Made by a program: the position numbers and the translations under genes. Positions 8,642 to 17,454 of a stretch of DNA of 64,000 bases are shown here, in pieces. The stretch lies in NCBI GenBank assembly GCA_035506675.1, contig DATJOX010000059.1:140886-204885 (forward strand). Reading direction: 5' to 3'. The stretch's first letter is position 1. Each line of letters opens with the position of its first letter. The notes under the pieces are model-generated. The model was not told where the DNA came from. It did no database searches and saw only the letters and a list, made by a program, of their open reading frames with translations. Source of the stretch: Methanomassiliicoccales archaeon. GTDB taxonomy: Archaea > Thermoplasmatota > Thermoplasmata > Methanomassiliicoccales > UBA472.

Positions 8642-10186
8642 TCATTCATTTCCTTCGTGCTCTTGGGAAACGCCAACGGCGATCTTTCCAGTCGGCGTTC
8701 TGGGCAATTGCTCTCGTATCTCTACATGCTTTGGAACCATGCATCGTTCCAGTTTCCTAGTGCAGAGACGCATGATCTCTTCTTTAGTCAGCTTCGATCC
8801 CTTTCTAAGAGCGACAACTGCCTTGACCGCCTGTCCCAGGACATCATCTGGAATCCCCAGGACTCCTGCTTCGACGACGTCATCGATCTCGTAAAGAGCA
8901 TCCTCCACTTCCTTGGGGCTCACGATCCCCCCGGCCGTCTTTATCATATTGTCCTTGCGCGCAACGAAGTAGAGGTAGGCGTCTTCGTCCATCTTGAACA
9001 GATCTCCCGTGAACAGGTTCGTTTCGCCGGGATACAGTCCGATTCTCAGTTTCTTGGCGCTCTCCTCTGGTAGATTCCAATATCCCTTCATGACATTGGA
9101 TCCTCTGACCACGAGCTCGCCGACCTCGCCGGCCTTGGTGATCATCTCCCCTCGCTCATTCACGAGGTATGTCTCGACGTTCGGCATCGCTTTCCCGACC
9201 GAAGATGGCCTCCTGGAGAGTTCCTCTGGAGGCAGATACGACACCCTCTTGCATTCGGTCAGACCGTACATCGAGAATATCTTCACGTTTGGGAGAGCCT
9301 TCTGAAGCTGAACTATGTACTTCACTGGGAAGACCTGGGCCGTGCTTGTGATATACCGCAGCCTCGAGAAATCGTACTCTGCCAGATTCTTGTTTTTCAG
9401 AAGAATGGCGGCAATGGGTGGCACTATGGGAAAGCCCGTTACCTCTTCCCTGATGATAGACTCGATGATATGATACGGATAGAGGAATGATTTCTCTAGG
9501 ACCACTGTCCCGCCGAATTTGAAAGCCATCAGGACTTGGTACAGACCATAGTCGAACGACAGTGGCAGACAATCCATAATGATGTCCTTGTCAGTGTTCT
9601 CTAGATACTCAATGATCGAGTTCGCTGCTGAGACCACGTTCAAATGAGTCAGCATTACCCCTTTTGGAGTGCCGGTCGAACCCGAAGTGTAAATGAGAAT
9701 GGCCAGATCGATATCGATAGAACGGTTCGGTGGAGGCGTGTTTGGGTATTTCATTGCCTCTTTGTAGCCGCAAAGCAGCATACCGTCATCTTCGTGCTCA
9801 TCGACTGATATCGCTCCTCTCAGGTGAGGATGGCCTTCAGCATTTCCAGAGATTTCCGCGAGGTGCTTCGAATCTGTGATCAGAATCTTGACCTGACAGT
9901 CGTTCAATATGTATCCCAGTTTCTTTGATTTCACCTGTGGATTGACTATGACGAATATGCCCGATGCTTTCAGAATCCCGAATACGGAAACGACTGATTC
10001 AATCGAATTCTCCAGGTAGATGGCGACTCGATCCTGCCTCTGTATGCCGTTTGCGATTAGGGCATTGGCAAGCGAGTTGGCTGCGTTGTCCACCTGGGCA
10101 TATGTTAACCTTTTCTTGTGAGCAATTAGGGCTACCTTGTCGGGGTGTTCTCTCGCGCTGTTCTCTAGGAACTCACCTACCAACAT
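8642..10186 (-). CDS. ANL-superfamily adenylating enzyme (AMP-dependent synthetase/ligase, DltA- or acyl-CoA-ligase-like)
   Basis: 514 aa. Motifs A3 YTSGSTGTPKGV, A5-like, A8 GDLFKMDEDAYLYFVARKDNMIKTAG, A10 PRTPTGKI. Confidence 0.9.
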   Translation of the reverse strand: MLVGEFLENSAREHPDKVALIAHKKRLTYAQVDNAANSLANALIANGIQRQDRVAIYLENSIESVVSVFGILKASGIFVIVNPQVKSKKLGYILNDCQVKILITDSKHLAEISGNAEGHPHLRGAISVDEHEDDGMLLCGYKEAMKYPNTPPPNRSIDIDLAILIYTSGSTGTPKGVMLTHLNVVSAANSIIEYLENTDKDIIMDCLPLSFDYGLYQVLMAFKFGGTVVLEKSFLYPYHIIESIIREEVTGFPIVPPIAAILLKNKNLAEYDFSRLRYITSTAQVFPVKYIVQLQKALPNVKIFSMYGLTECKRVSYLPPEELSRRPSSVGKAMPNVETYLVNERGEMITKAGEVGELVVRGSNVMKGYWNLPEESAKKLRIGLYPGETNLFTGDLFKMDEDAYLYFVARKDNMIKTAGGIVSPKEVEDALYEIDDVVEAGVLGIPDDVLGQAVKAVVALRKGSKLTKEEIMRLCTRKLERCMVPKHVEIREQLPRTPTGKIAVGVSQEHEGNE

Positions 10187-10457
10187 GTCGTAGCTTCCTT
10201 GATATGAACTTCTCCAACTTGTCCAGGGAATCCAGATTATCGGGAATCAGGTCTTCGTCTTCGACTTTGATATGATAGGTTTCTTCGATGAACCCGACAA
10301 GCTCCAGGACTCCAGTCGAATCGATCAACCCTCTCTCGAGGAAGGAATCGTGGGCGTCTAAGGCGATGTTTTTATTTCCGGACATAAATCTATCTCTTAT
10401 GAAGGCTTTCAGCTCCTTTTCAATATCGGCAGGGGACACCTTTCTTGTCTTGCTCAT
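10173..10457 (-). CDS. Acyl/peptidyl carrier protein
   Basis: About 94 aa from the ATG at 10457; the track ORF starts at an upstream TTG at 10469. Phosphopantetheine attachment motif GLIDSTGVLELVGFIE. The 3' end overlaps the adenylase start by 14 nt. Confidence 0.8.
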   Translation of the reverse strand: MSKTRKVSPADIEKELKAFIRDRFMSGNKNIALDAHDSFLERGLIDSTGVLELVGFIEETYHIKVEDEDLIPDNLDSLDKLEKFISRKLRHVGR

Positions 10458-10729
10458 GTGCAAATCCAACCTTTGCCTATGGAACCGAAGACTACGCTAG
10501 TCATGATTTATGGCACTAGATAAGACTTTGTTGACGACTTGGCATGGATGGCAAACAGGAGACACAAGGAAGCTTCCACCAGACCCACCTAAGACGCGCA
10601 CAAGACAAGACTGGTCCTCTCCCACGTAAGCAGATGGGCGCAAACTGGGCGTCAACAAGTGATCTGCTTAGAGAAACATGAACGTCAACTCGCAAAGACC
10701 TTCTACCGATAAGGCGTTCACAGGCTGAG

Positions 10730-10945
10730 TTGGCTCGGACGAGTGGTCCCGTGAAGTGCTACAAGTGCGAGTGGGAAGGGAGGGAAGAGGACCTGGTCGA
10801 AAAGCCCGGGGACCTCATGTTCTACGACTACGTCGCTGCCAACACTTTGATGATTGATGTAACCCGCACCAACTACCTGTGCCCGAAATGCGGAACGATG
10901 CTGAAGAGCCATCGCGTGGTGGGCGGGATGGTGCTAGATCAGTAG
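10730..10945 (+). CDS. Small zinc-ribbon protein (hypothetical)
   Basis: 71-aa ORF from a TTG start, or 64 aa from an internal GTG. Two CxxC pairs (CYKC...CPKC). It ends 47 nt before the URO-D-family gene. Confidence 0.4.
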   Translation: MARTSGPVKCYKCEWEGREEDLVEKPGDLMFYDYVAANTLMIDVTRTNYLCPKCGTMLKSHRVVGGMVLDQ

Positions 10946-10992
10946 CTGCGAATGGATTCGCCGCGAAGATAGGATATACAGAAGGTTTGAGA

Positions 10993-12117
10993 ATGACCGA
11001 AGGAATCGAAGCCATACTACCTCCACCGAATCAAAAATGGCATGAACACGCAGAGCAGAGATTCGCGAGCCCGTTCATGGGTTCGAAGTTCGATCGGATT
11101 GACGTCGATGCGATGATGCTCTCCCATGCGGCGGTGATTTCCGGATTTACCATAAACGACTTCTACACTAAACCAGACCTCGGCGCGGCTTGCGTCGCAA
11201 ACGCGTCCGAGATGTACGATCTGATTCCGATGACCCATTGGTATTTCTCCCTCCCGTGGGTCGCGGAGATGGGCGCGGAGGTGCAATTCCGACGGCTTCT
11301 TCCGCCCGTTGTCAAGGAGCCCTCTATCACGGACCTTGAGGGGGTAGACCGGCTCGAAGTCCCCGACCTCAAAGAAATGGAGAATGGCTTCACCGGCAAA
11401 CTGATGATCACTGCACAGGACTACATCCAGCAGAAGACGCCGAAGAAGTTCGTCCCCATGACCTATACCTCCGATCTGACGGGCGGCGGGGCGCAGCTCT
11501 GCGGAATCGAGAACTTCATCATATGGTCCTTGACCGAGCGCGAATCGGCCAAGAAGCTGGTGTCCAAGTACACCGAGGTGGCGGTCAACGGCGCGGAGCT
11601 TATCGCGAATCGCTATGGGATGGCGATGATCTCGACCGGTTCGGTTCTCGCCAACAACGACATCTTCTCCGATTCGGACGTCCACGAACTGTCGATCAAG
11701 TTCCTGCACGGCTTCGTAACGAAAGCCTTGGAGAAGGGCGCCGGACCACAGGTCCTCTATCACCTGTGCGGCAATCACGAGACCGACTACAAGCTGTTCA
11801 AGGATGAGCTGATCTTCACCCCCTTCACCATATTCCACGTGGGCTATATGGGACGGAACGTGTTCCCCTCAGACCTCTTGGCCAAGGAGTTCGGGGATGT
11901 GGCCACGATCATGGGATCGGTCGACACGAAGATGATGATCCTGCCAAACCCCTTGAGGATCTACGAGCAAGCCAAGCAGCAGCTGATCGGGGGGAGGGAC
12001 AGCAAGAACGGGTACATCCTCGGCACGGCCTGCGAACTGCCCCCGGATGCCCTTCCTGCGAACGTGTTCGCTCTGGTCCAGGCGGCCAGGGACTACGGGA
12101 CCTATGGAAGTTGGTGA
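10993..12117 (+). CDS. Uroporphyrinogen-decarboxylase-fold methyltransferase (MtaA/CmuA family)
   Basis: 374 aa from the ATG at 10993; the track ORF extends to 10879 through a low-complexity Arg/Gly region. URO-D family pattern with a putative Zn triad (YHLCGNHE ... GTACELP). Confidence 0.75.
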   Translation: MTEGIEAILPPPNQKWHEHAEQRFASPFMGSKFDRIDVDAMMLSHAAVISGFTINDFYTKPDLGAACVANASEMYDLIPMTHWYFSLPWVAEMGAEVQFRRLLPPVVKEPSITDLEGVDRLEVPDLKEMENGFTGKLMITAQDYIQQKTPKKFVPMTYTSDLTGGGAQLCGIENFIIWSLTERESAKKLVSKYTEVAVNGAELIANRYGMAMISTGSVLANNDIFSDSDVHELSIKFLHGFVTKALEKGAGPQVLYHLCGNHETDYKLFKDELIFTPFTIFHVGYMGRNVFPSDLLAKEFGDVATIMGSVDTKMMILPNPLRIYEQAKQQLIGGRDSKNGYILGTACELPPDALPANVFALVQAARDYGTYGSW

Positions 12118-12125
12118 AGGACCCG

Positions 12126-12473
12126 TCAATCGCCGCGGAGGTCGAGACCGACCGCCTGCCCGAAGTAGTAGGACAGGACCTTGAGGTCGATCTCGTCTAC
12201 GCTGCTCATCCTTAGGTTCTTTGACCTCTTGCCCACTCCTTCCAAGAGACCGAATCGATCATCGAATTCCGCCCCACGCGAGAATGCCAGGGTGATCCCC
12301 TTCTTCGTAGGGCTGATGACCGCCACGATGTGCTTCTTCCTGAACGCGAGAATGCCGTAGCTGATCTCTTCAGAAAGCGCAGGGAAATCGGTTCGCACGA
12401 ACCGCCTTATCGCAGCGACGATCGGCCGGTATTGAGGCAGCACCTTCTTCTCGACGAACTCCTCGACGTTCAT
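12126..12473 (-). CDS. DUF1801 (YdhG-like) domain protein
   Basis: 115 aa from the ATG at 12473. The pattern FVEKKVLPQYRPIVAAIRRFV...ISYGILAFRKK...ITLAFSRG is typical of the family. Confidence 0.6.
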   Translation of the reverse strand: MNVEEFVEKKVLPQYRPIVAAIRRFVRTDFPALSEEISYGILAFRKKHIVAVISPTKKGITLAFSRGAEFDDRFGLLEGVGKRSKNLRMSSVDEIDLKVLSYYFGQAVGLDLRGD

Positions 12474-12540
12474 CGTTCGCAATGATGGCGATTCCAGACG
12501 AAAATCCCTGCGGGCCCGGGTCGAGGCTCACGAAATGGTT

Positions 12541-12547
12541 CTTAATA
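12541..12547 (+). promoter_or_regulatory. TATA-like box (CTTAATA) about 28 nt upstream of the ATG at 12572
   Basis: The spacing fits archaeal leaderless or short-leader promoters seen repeatedly in this window. Confidence 0.35.
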
Positions 12548-12571
12548 CCTGTTATCCGATTGGAAAGCAGA

Positions 12572-14548
12572 ATGGCAGACGACGATGGCACTAGCGCGAA
12601 CCCACCGCTTGAACACCCGGCCAAGGACACGAAGGGCTCGAACGCCGCATCGATTCGCAGACTGCGGTCCTTCCTCGTATCGAATTGGCGTCTGATAGCC
12701 GCCGCCTTGGTCCTTCTGGTCGCGCTCTTCTTGACCTCGCTGTACACGTTCCTCCTATTTCACAGCCTGATCGAGGTGGGAATAGCGGTGACGGGATTCT
12801 CGGTATTCCTGGTGGCCGCGACCTCAAGGCGCTATTTAGAGAACAACTACCTGCTGTTTGTCGGCCTCGCCTTTCTCCCCATCTCTTTCCTTGGCCTCGT
12901 CCACATGCTGGCATTCGATGGCATGGGAGTCTTCGGGAACAACACCGCCAATCTCGCGACGCAGCTGTGGCTCGCGACACGCTACCTGGGCGCGGCGGCC
13001 CTCCTGATCGCCCCCATGATCATCTATCGCAAGATGAATTGGACCGCGGTTACCGTTGGGTTCTGCTCGGCCGCGGCGCTGCTCATCGCGCTCATCTTCC
13101 TCGGATACTTCCCCACCGCCTACACGGACGCCACTGGACTTACGCCTTTCAAGATCTACAGCGAGTACGCAATCTCGATCGTGCTCGGCTTGTCCATGAT
13201 TGTCCTTTACACAAGAAGGAGCTGGTTCGAGAAGAGCGTGTTCCAGCTTGTGATAGGCGCGAGCGCCTTGCAGATCCTTGCTGAGCTCACCTTCACCGGC
13301 TACGTCAAGGTCAACGACCCGGTCAACATGCTCGGGCACCTTCTCATCCTGGCCTCGTTCGGGCTGCTCCTCATCGCCTTGGTGAGGACCGGGATCGAAA
13401 AACCCTATGCGCTCGTCTTCCGGTCCCTCAAGGCCAGTGAGACCGCTCTGCGCGAGGAAAGGGACTTCGCAAACAGCATCATTAACAACACCCAGGCTGT
13501 CGTCATGGTGGTAGATCGCGGCGGCACCATCCTTACAATGAACCCATTCGGCCAGCGATTGCTGGGGGCGAACGAGCGATCGATGCGCGGCTCGAACTGG
13601 ATATCGGCGATGATCCCGGTGGAGGAGGGCGAAGCGTGCCGCACGGTGTTCCAGAACGCGGCGAACGGTTCGGAAACGGTTCACTACTCGGGAAGGATGA
13701 TAACGCAGAGCAACCAGGAACGGTGGATGAGCTGGAGCATGGGGGCGCTCAAGAACGACGTGGATGAGGTTGCGGGCGTTCTCCTACTCGGCAACGACAT
13801 GACCGAGCTCCGCCGATTGGAGGGGGAATTAGTGTGCCGAGCGGAAGAGCTGTCCCGCTCCAACGATGACCTGCAGCGCTTCGCATACGTCGCATCGCAC
13901 GACCTTCGCGAGCCTCTACGAATGATCTCGGTGTATCTTGAGCTCCTCAACGCCAAGCACGGAGGGGAGCTGGACGCGGAGGCGAAGGAGTACATATCGA
14001 TAGCCACCGAGGGCGCCGGGCGAATGCGCGAGATGATCGATGGTCTCCTGAACCTATCCAGGGTGGACACGAGAGGCGCGCCCATGAACCCAGAGTCCCT
14101 AGAGACGAGCCTGCAGGCCGCATTGACGAACCTGGGACCCTCCATCGACGAGGCTAAGGCAAGAGTTGCACGCGACCCGATGCCAATCGCCCGGATTGAT
14201 CCTACCCAAATGACCCAGGTGTTCCAGAATCTGATCGGGAACGCGCTCAAGTTCAGACGCGACGTTCCTCCGTCAATTCAAATCTCCGCGAGGCAAACGG
14301 GAACGGAGTGGGTAATCTCGGTCGCGGACAACGGCATCGGGATTTCGAAGGAAAGCCAGCCCGGCATCTTCGATCTCTTCAATCGGGTGAATCCCGATTT
14401 GGACTACCCGGGCGCCGGGATCGGCCTGGCCACTTGCAAGAAGATCGTCGAGCGGCACGGGGGCAAGATCTGGGTGGAGTCCGAGGTTGGCAAGGGATCG
14501 ACATTCTTCTTCAGCCTGCCCGATCTAGCGACGACCGGTGCGGTCTGA
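12572..14548 (+). CDS. Membrane sensor histidine kinase: multi-TM sensor, PAS, HisKA and HATPase_c
   Basis: The ATG at 12572 (MADDDGTS...) is preferred over 12482. About 7-8 hydrophobic helices, then PAS. H-box FAYVASHDLREPLR. N/G boxes NLIGNALKF, DNGIGI, GAGIGLA. The kinase core is closely paralogous to the kinase at 1872-4037. Confidence 0.85.
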   Translation: MADDDGTSANPPLEHPAKDTKGSNAASIRRLRSFLVSNWRLIAAALVLLVALFLTSLYTFLLFHSLIEVGIAVTGFSVFLVAATSRRYLENNYLLFVGLAFLPISFLGLVHMLAFDGMGVFGNNTANLATQLWLATRYLGAAALLIAPMIIYRKMNWTAVTVGFCSAAALLIALIFLGYFPTAYTDATGLTPFKIYSEYAISIVLGLSMIVLYTRRSWFEKSVFQLVIGASALQILAELTFTGYVKVNDPVNMLGHLLILASFGLLLIALVRTGIEKPYALVFRSLKASETALREERDFANSIINNTQAVVMVVDRGGTILTMNPFGQRLLGANERSMRGSNWISAMIPVEEGEACRTVFQNAANGSETVHYSGRMITQSNQERWMSWSMGALKNDVDEVAGVLLLGNDMTELRRLEGELVCRAEELSRSNDDLQRFAYVASHDLREPLRMISVYLELLNAKHGGELDAEAKEYISIATEGAGRMREMIDGLLNLSRVDTRGAPMNPESLETSLQAALTNLGPSIDEAKARVARDPMPIARIDPTQMTQVFQNLIGNALKFRRDVPPSIQISARQTGTEWVISVADNGIGISKESQPGIFDLFNRVNPDLDYPGAGIGLATCKKIVERHGGKIWVESEVGKGSTFFFSLPDLATTGAV

Positions 14549-14609
14549 TGCGGCCTTTTGGTTCGGGCTATCAAGAAGGCATATCCACTGAGACCGCGCT
14601 TCTAGGAGC

Positions 14610-14999
14610 GTGCAGGCCGCAGAATTCCTCGATAGGACGAGCATCGAGTTCAGTGTGTCCAACGACAGGTACAGCATCACTGAGACGACCGACCCACCTG
14701 AGGCGCGGTCTGCTTTTGCAATCGTCAATAGAGCGGGCACGTTCACGGTGGTGAAGAAAGAAGAGCATCCTGGAGGTGGCTCGCACCGAATCATCACTTT
14801 CGAAGCGGACCTGCCAAACGACCTGACCGGGTTTCTGGCAATCGTCTCGGAAGCGCTGGCGGTTGCGCAAGTTCCCATCTTTGTTGTCTCTTCGTTCCGT
14901 ACCGACCACGTGCTGGTCAGGGAGGAAGACGTTCGCAGGGCGAGAAACGCACTCGCGTCGACCGGCTTCAAGGAGCGCAAAGAACCGAAGAACGATTGA
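14610..14999 (+). CDS. ACT-domain-containing protein (ACT_7-like)
   Basis: 129 aa. FTVVKKEE...ITFEADLPNDLTGFLAIVSEALAVAQVPIFVVSSFRTDHVLVREEDVRRARNAL matches the small ligand-binding ACT fold family. Confidence 0.6.
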   Translation: MQAAEFLDRTSIEFSVSNDRYSITETTDPPEARSAFAIVNRAGTFTVVKKEEHPGGGSHRIITFEADLPNDLTGFLAIVSEALAVAQVPIFVVSSFRTDHVLVREEDVRRARNALASTGFKERKEPKND

Positions 15000-15119
15000 T
15001 TTCGATGACGAGCATCCTGAATCCGCCTCCAGCTAGAGACTCGACCTGCTGGAGCGATGTCGTGTTCCGCAAAGGTTAAATACGGAAATTCTCCTGAACG
15101 CCATCAGGAGCACTGAATC

Positions 15120-15425
15120 TTGCCTAGGTATAGAACCGAGCGATCCGATTTTCAGAGGGAACAGGGAGCAAGAACTAGAGTCGCAATGTTGAACGTCAGA
15201 AGGATGGGCGTTTTCAAGTACGATATCCGCGCGGTCCTCAGGGACACGCGCGTGGATGAGGCGCTCGCGAGCACCATCGTCGCGAACGTGATTGCAAAAG
15301 CATCGAGAGTCTCGATCAACGAAGCCAAGTCGTATGTGCGCGAGGTCGAGACCAAGGGCGGGCTGCAGAAGGACGCCTCAGACTATATTTGCCAACTTCT
15401 CGACAAATACACCCTCTGGCGCTGA
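15120..15425 (+). CDS. Hypothetical small protein
   Basis: 101-aa ORF with a TTG start. The ATG at 15186 would give 79 aa. No motif recognised. Confidence 0.35.
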   Translation: MPRYRTERSDFQREQGARTRVAMLNVRRMGVFKYDIRAVLRDTRVDEALASTIVANVIAKASRVSINEAKSYVREVETKGGLQKDASDYICQLLDKYTLWR

Positions 15426-15426
15426 A

Positions 15427-16842
15427 TCATCTTCGCTGCAGGGGCTCGAAGGTGAGCTTCTTGCCCTTGAAGCTCGAGTTTCTCATCGCGCTCATCGTCC
15501 TTAGCGCGACCTCCTTGTGCACCTCGACGACGCTGCTCTCCTCGTCGATCTCGATATGACCGACGGCGAACTCGCTGATGCGGGAGCTCCGCGTTATCAG
15601 GTCGGAAAGGTCGGCGCTGGTTGCTTTGTCCCTTCTTCCCAGGTTGATTCGGAACTTGACCATGCCGAACACGTCGGACGTCTCGTCGAAGTCCAACACC
15701 TTTCTGACCGTCTCCCGACCCTCAATCTCGGGCACTTCCTCCTTCTTCACGCCCACGCCCGAGAAGTCCTTGATGCCGCTCAGCAGGTGCTGCTCGTCGG
15801 TCGTGACGAACGTGATCGCCTTGCCGATGTGCCCCGCCCGCCCAGTCCGGCCGATGCGATGAACATAGACCTCGGGGTTCTCTGGTACGTCGTAGTTGAT
15901 GACGTGCGTCACTCCTTCGATGTCCAACCCTCTCGCGGCGACGTCGGTCGCCACAAGGAGCATGATCTTGCCTTCGCGGAAGTCCTGCAGCACCTTCTCG
16001 CGTCTCGCTTGGGTGAGGTCTCCATGAAGCGCGGCCGCCGGATATCCGTATGACACCAGCCCCTTCGTCAAGATGTCGACCATCCGCTTCGTCGAACAGA
16101 AGATGATTGCCTTCGGCTTCTCTCGGTCCAAGACCCGGCAGAGCGCCCAGATCTTGTTCCTCCGCCCGACGTTGAAGTAGACCTGCTCGGTGTTCGGCAG
16201 GACGAGCTCATCCTCGCTGATGATCAGAGTCTCGGGCTCGTGCATGTGCTTCGCGGCCAGCTCCCTCACTGTGCCGGGGATCGTGGCCGAGAACAGCATC
16301 GTCTGCCGGTTCCGCGGCAGCTTCGAGAGGATGTAACGAATGTCGTCGATGAACCCCATGTCGAGCATACGGTCCGCTTCGTCGAGTACGAGATAGTACA
16401 GATCGCGGAGGTCCAGGGTCCCTCGTTTCATGTGGTCGATGACTCTCCCCGGTGTGCCGACGACGATGTCGATGCCCTTCTGCAGCTCCGCGATCTGGTT
16501 CTCGATCGAAGCGCCGCCATAAACGGCTAGCACCCTCCGGTCCATGAACTCGCCCAGGCGGGAGATCTCGTCCGCCACTTGCACTCCGAGCTCCCTCGTT
16601 GGCACTAGGACCAATGCCTTGGGTTTCTTTCCTTTCCTCAGGCTCTGCAGGATGGGAATGCCGAACGCCGCGGTCTTGCCCGTCCCGGTCTGGGCCTGGG
16701 CCATGACGTCCCTGCCCTTAAGGATCAGGGGGATCGCGGCCACCTGGACGGGCGTCGGCTCCTGCCAGCCCATCTTCTCTATGGCCTGGAGGACGCGCTC
16801 GTCTATCTTCAGTGATATGAAAGCCTCGTTCATAGCGCTCAC
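15427..16842 (-). CDS. DEAD-box ATP-dependent RNA helicase with a DbpA-type C-terminal RNA-binding domain
   Basis: 471 aa. Q-motif, AQTGTGKTAAF, DEAD (VLDEADRM), SAT, HRIGRTGRAG. C-terminal KFRINLGRRD...GHIEIDEESSVVEV. Confidence 0.92.
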   Translation of the reverse strand: MSAMNEAFISLKIDERVLQAIEKMGWQEPTPVQVAAIPLILKGRDVMAQAQTGTGKTAAFGIPILQSLRKGKKPKALVLVPTRELGVQVADEISRLGEFMDRRVLAVYGGASIENQIAELQKGIDIVVGTPGRVIDHMKRGTLDLRDLYYLVLDEADRMLDMGFIDDIRYILSKLPRNRQTMLFSATIPGTVRELAAKHMHEPETLIISEDELVLPNTEQVYFNVGRRNKIWALCRVLDREKPKAIIFCSTKRMVDILTKGLVSYGYPAAALHGDLTQARREKVLQDFREGKIMLLVATDVAARGLDIEGVTHVINYDVPENPEVYVHRIGRTGRAGHIGKAITFVTTDEQHLLSGIKDFSGVGVKKEEVPEIEGRETVRKVLDFDETSDVFGMVKFRINLGRRDKATSADLSDLITRSSRISEFAVGHIEIDEESSVVEVHKEVALRTMSAMRNSSFKGKKLTFEPLQRR

Positions 16843-16917
16843 GCTGAGTGCACACCGATTAAAGAGCCTGCCTATATGATTTGCCCTGGTGCAAAGGACT
16901 GGGCTGGAATGACCTTC

Positions 16918-17358
16918 CTACTTCTTTCTCGAGACTGGCTTCTTTCCTTCCATCACTGAGATGAAGAAGTCGTGGTGCTCCTCTTCCTGCTCCAGGATGC
17001 CCTCGAAGATGAATCGGGTCGTGACGTCGCCCTCGGCCTCGGCGATTTCCTCTATGTGCTTGTACATCTCGATCGCATCCGCCTCGGCCTTCGCATCGTA
17101 CTCGATCATTTCGTAGAGTTCGCCGCCGACCGTGATCTGAGCTGGCTTCGTGGTCGGGACCCCTCCGAGATACCACAGCCTCTCCGCTATCTTCTCGGCA
17201 TGCTTCATTTCCTCGATCGCGATCTCCTCGAGCTTGTCGGCGACCGCGTAGTGCTCGACCCCCGACCACTGCACGTGCTGCCACATGTATTGGATGCTGA
17301 CCTGCATTTCCGCCGCGATTGCCTTGTTCAACCATTCCAGAAGCTTCTGTGATGCCAT
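16918..17358 (-). CDS. Bacterioferritin/ferritin-like di-iron protein
   Basis: 146 aa. Four-helix ferritin-like pattern (AEMQVSIQYMWQH...EEMKHAEKIAERL...EEEHHDFF). Confidence 0.8.
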   Translation of the reverse strand: MASQKLLEWLNKAIAAEMQVSIQYMWQHVQWSGVEHYAVADKLEEIAIEEMKHAEKIAERLWYLGGVPTTKPAQITVGGELYEMIEYDAKAEADAIEMYKHIEEIAEAEGDVTTRFIFEGILEQEEEHHDFFISVMEGKKPVSRKK

Positions 17359-17454
17359 CTGCTTTCCACCTCGGTGTCTGCTACCCCAGATGCTGAGATT
17401 ATTCTAGGGTTGGCTAAATAAATCTTTTGCGAGCGCTCCAGCAGATCCGGGAGC

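Noticed and set aside
15091-15110. The hairpin CTCCTGA-acgcca-TCAGGAG between the ACT-domain gene and the small ORF at 15120, considered as a terminator.
   Set aside because: It lies about 90 nt past the ACT-domain stop with no adjacent oligo-T tract. It stands alone with nothing to corroborate it.
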